Shown here: positions 61,968 through 64,000 of the stretch, piece after piece
How positions within the stretch are numbered: position 1 is the first letter of the stretch
Layout: every line of letters begins with the position of its first letter
Origin: an uncultured Acidobacteriota bacterium
GTDB lineage: Bacteria > Acidobacteriota > Terriglobia > UBA7540
Length of the DNA stretch: 64,000 nt
Assembly (NCBI GenBank): GCA_963804995.1
Contig: CAWDSK010000003.1
Span: 1,088,001-1,152,000, forward strand
Direction: 5' to 3'
Position numbers and translations under genes: made by a program
Notes under the pieces: generated by a model
The model's input: only the letters and a program-made list of their open reading frames with translations
Database searches by the model: none
Told to the model about the DNA's origin: nothing

Positions 61968-64000
61968 CTATGTCTCGTCGGACTCCGTAAGGCGCATGCG
62001 GACGCGGTTCTTATAACCCGGCCCGATGCTAATGGGCTGCACGTAATTCCCCCAAGCCAGGTCAGGGTACCCCCACGAGTTGTTAATAAGAAACCGCACC
62101 TTCCCGTCCGGTAATACCTCGGCGCGCGCCGCCGCCGTGCCATCGGACTCCGCCCTGACGCGCAGGTCCGTTCCCGCCAGGATACATGAGGCGTGCCAGA
62201 TGTTCTCCTTGAGGCTGCGGAAATCATGGGTGCCACGCCCCCCGGGATCATCCGGTCCGTAGAGGAAGAAATCCTTGGAGTCTTCGGACCAGGGTCCAGA
62301 GGGAGTGCCACGGTAAGACTGTGCCGGGCCGCTCGGATCCTTCCTGGCTGTTCCCTGCGGGCGGCCGATGTGATCGGAAGGATAGGCTGACCACAAAGCT
62401 CTCCGATCCCACGCGAGCCGGTCGATTAAGCCGGTAAGCGTATAGGCGATTCCCACCTCACTCATGCCCTTGGGCTGGCCGTCGATGGCGTATTCCGTGG
62501 TGATCAGCCCCTCGCCATCAATCCTGATTTCAAACTCCACGCGCAGGACCTCTCCGCCCCCGCCGCGATCCATGTAGGCCCCCGATAGGTTGATCACTGC
62601 TGCTTCCGGGGATGCGGAGGAATGCATGCCGGTCAACCACCAAGTAGGCAGGGCATATGAACCGAGATTCAGGATTGGCCCGCTTTCAATGATCCGCTGG
62701 CCGCGGAATATTCCCGCAGTGATGAGCCCTGTCACCTTGCTAAAGGCGATCGCGAAATCTGAACCCTGCACTGTAAGGGATTGAGCATCTTCCGATATTT
62801 TCGGCGCGGGGCCTTTCTCGCCCGGGAAATTCTTCACGCGCCGGCCGATCGTCAGATTAAATTCATCGACCAGCAGCGCGCCCAGACGAAAAAACTTCAG
62901 ATTGAGAATCTCCCCGTCGTGCCAAGCCCGGGCGGGGAGCCTAATCATCCCTTCCGCGCCCGGAGCCAGATCGAAACCGTTCACTTCTCCTGAGGCGTTC
63001 CCCACCGTCCAGACGATTTTGATTTCTCTGAGATGCGTGTGGCTAAACCAGTTTTTTATAGGAATCTCGAGCGGCTGCCCAGCCTCCGGTGCGCGCAAGC
63101 TTTCTCCATCCGCAATGCGCACCGGCGAATAAGCCTTCTTGGTCAGCCAATACTCGGGCTTCGGCCTGCGCCAACCATCCACAATTCCCCACTCGCCATA
63201 GCCCACGGGCCCTCTCGGCAGCATAAAGACTTCTTCAAACCCAGCCCAGATGGCTCCGCCCAGGCAGCCGTCAGCCGTGTAACAGTTTTCCCAAAATCGC
63301 TTGATGCTCTGACCGTAGAAGTTTCTGACCCCCGGATCACGCTTCAAGGTTTCGTGGTTGTAACAGGAAATGTGCGCGTATTCATCGTTGAGTTTGGGGA
63401 AGTCTTTACTGCTCAGGTCTGCGTCAAACTGCGGATAGTGTTCGCTCCAGAGGTCGTAGCCCTTGACACCGGGAGGAACGGTCTCGGGGTAACTGAAGAT
63501 AAGTGGGCGCGAGGTGTCCTCCTGCCGTGCATAGTCATATTCTTTTTGGAAGTTCGTCCCCCATTTGCTTTCGTTTCCCAACGACCAGAAAATGACGGAG
63601 GGATGACTCCTGTCCCGCTCGATCATTTCCGCGAATTGGTTCATGTACCGGGAGGTAAATTCCGGATCTGACTCAGTTCCTCCGCCTGAGACCGCCCAGT
63701 GCGCGCTTACGAAGCACACCGCGGACTCTTCTTCCACATAGATTCCATGCCGGTCGCAGGCCTCAAGAAAACTCTCCGTGGGAGGATAGTGCGAGGTCCG
63801 CACAAAATTGATGTTGGCATCGCGCAGCAGAACCGCATCCTTCTCATCCTGTTCAGGATTGGTTACCCTTCCCCCCGTGGGGTGCGTATCATGCCGGCAC
63901 ACGCCGCGCAGCTTCACCGGGTCCCCGTTGACGTACAGCTTATTGTTTCGCCGCTCAACCTTGCGGAACCCCACTTTCTTTTCCAACTTCTCCACGGTGG
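61968..64000 (-). CDS. GH2 beta-galactosidase-like protein, N-terminus outside the window
   Basis: VGFRKVE, LRGVCRHD, NFVRTSHYP, WSLGNE, DEYAH. Confidence 0.9.
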   Translation of the reverse strand, partial: TVEKLEKKVGFRKVERRNNKLYVNGDPVKLRGVCRHDTHPTGGRVTNPEQDEKDAVLLRDANINFVRTSHYPPTESFLEACDRHGIYVEEESAVCFVSAHWAVSGGGTESDPEFTSRYMNQFAEMIERDRSHPSVIFWSLGNESKWGTNFQKEYDYARQEDTSRPLIFSYPETVPPGVKGYDLWSEHYPQFDADLSSKDFPKLNDEYAHISCYNHETLKRDPGVRNFYGQSIKRFWENCYTADGCLGGAIWAGFEEVFMLPRGPVGYGEWGIVDGWRRPKPEYWLTKKAYSPVRIADGESLRAPEAGQPLEIPIKNWFSHTHLREIKIVWTVGNASGEVNGFDLAPGAEGMIRLPARAWHDGEILNLKFFRLGALLVDEFNLTIGRRVKNFPGEKGPAPKISEDAQSLTVQGSDFAIAFSKVTGLITAGIFRGQRIIESGPILNLGSYALPTWWLTGMHSSASPEAAVINLSGAYMDRGGGGEVLRVEFEIRIDGEGLITTEYAIDGQPKGMSEVGIAYTLTGLIDRLAWDRRALWSAYPSDHIGRPQGTARKDPSGPAQSYRGTPSGPWSEDSKDFFLYGPDDPGGRGTHDFRSLKENIWHASCILAGTDLRVRAESDGTAAARAEVLPDGKVRFLINNSWGYPDLAWGNYVQPISIGPGYKNRVRMRLTESDET

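Overview
GC-rich bacterial chromosomal segment, probably Acidobacteriota. That assignment is inferred from the carboxypeptidase-regulatory-domain TonB receptor, the S53-peptidase/Ig-domain protein and the many Tat-exported catabolic enzymes. Main blocks: an ECF sigma / anti-sigma / TonB receptor / PHP-fold hydrolase module (5-13.7 kb); ArsR / HdrA-like / ferredoxin genes and a large S53 protease (16.8-22.4 kb); a sulfur cluster cysM - JAMM - sulfur carrier - moeB(rhodanese) - cysK - cysE followed by a peroxiredoxin with an in-frame UGA at the catalytic Cys, probably a selenoprotein (29.3-35.9 kb); a complete group II intron downstream of glnA; and a carbohydrate / sugar-acid catabolic region (44-64 kb). 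Intergenic DNA is packed with GTAG-type REP palindromes, short inverted-repeat-bounded elements and 7-8 nt tandem repeats, several of which bracket whole genes. Top observations: (1) at least seven gene-breaking or motif-breaking lesions sit on one DNA motif, CTCGA(C/G), suggesting a host DNA modification seen through sequencing errors or a mutational hotspot; (2) the intron has homed into one arm of a small inverted-repeat element, with a matching EBS1/IBS1; (3) the Sec peroxiredoxin, which the ORF track misses; (4) a five-copy array of sigma28-like promoter motifs beside a candidate structured RNA. No tRNA, rRNA or CRISPR array was recognised. All calls were made by eye, without database searches.
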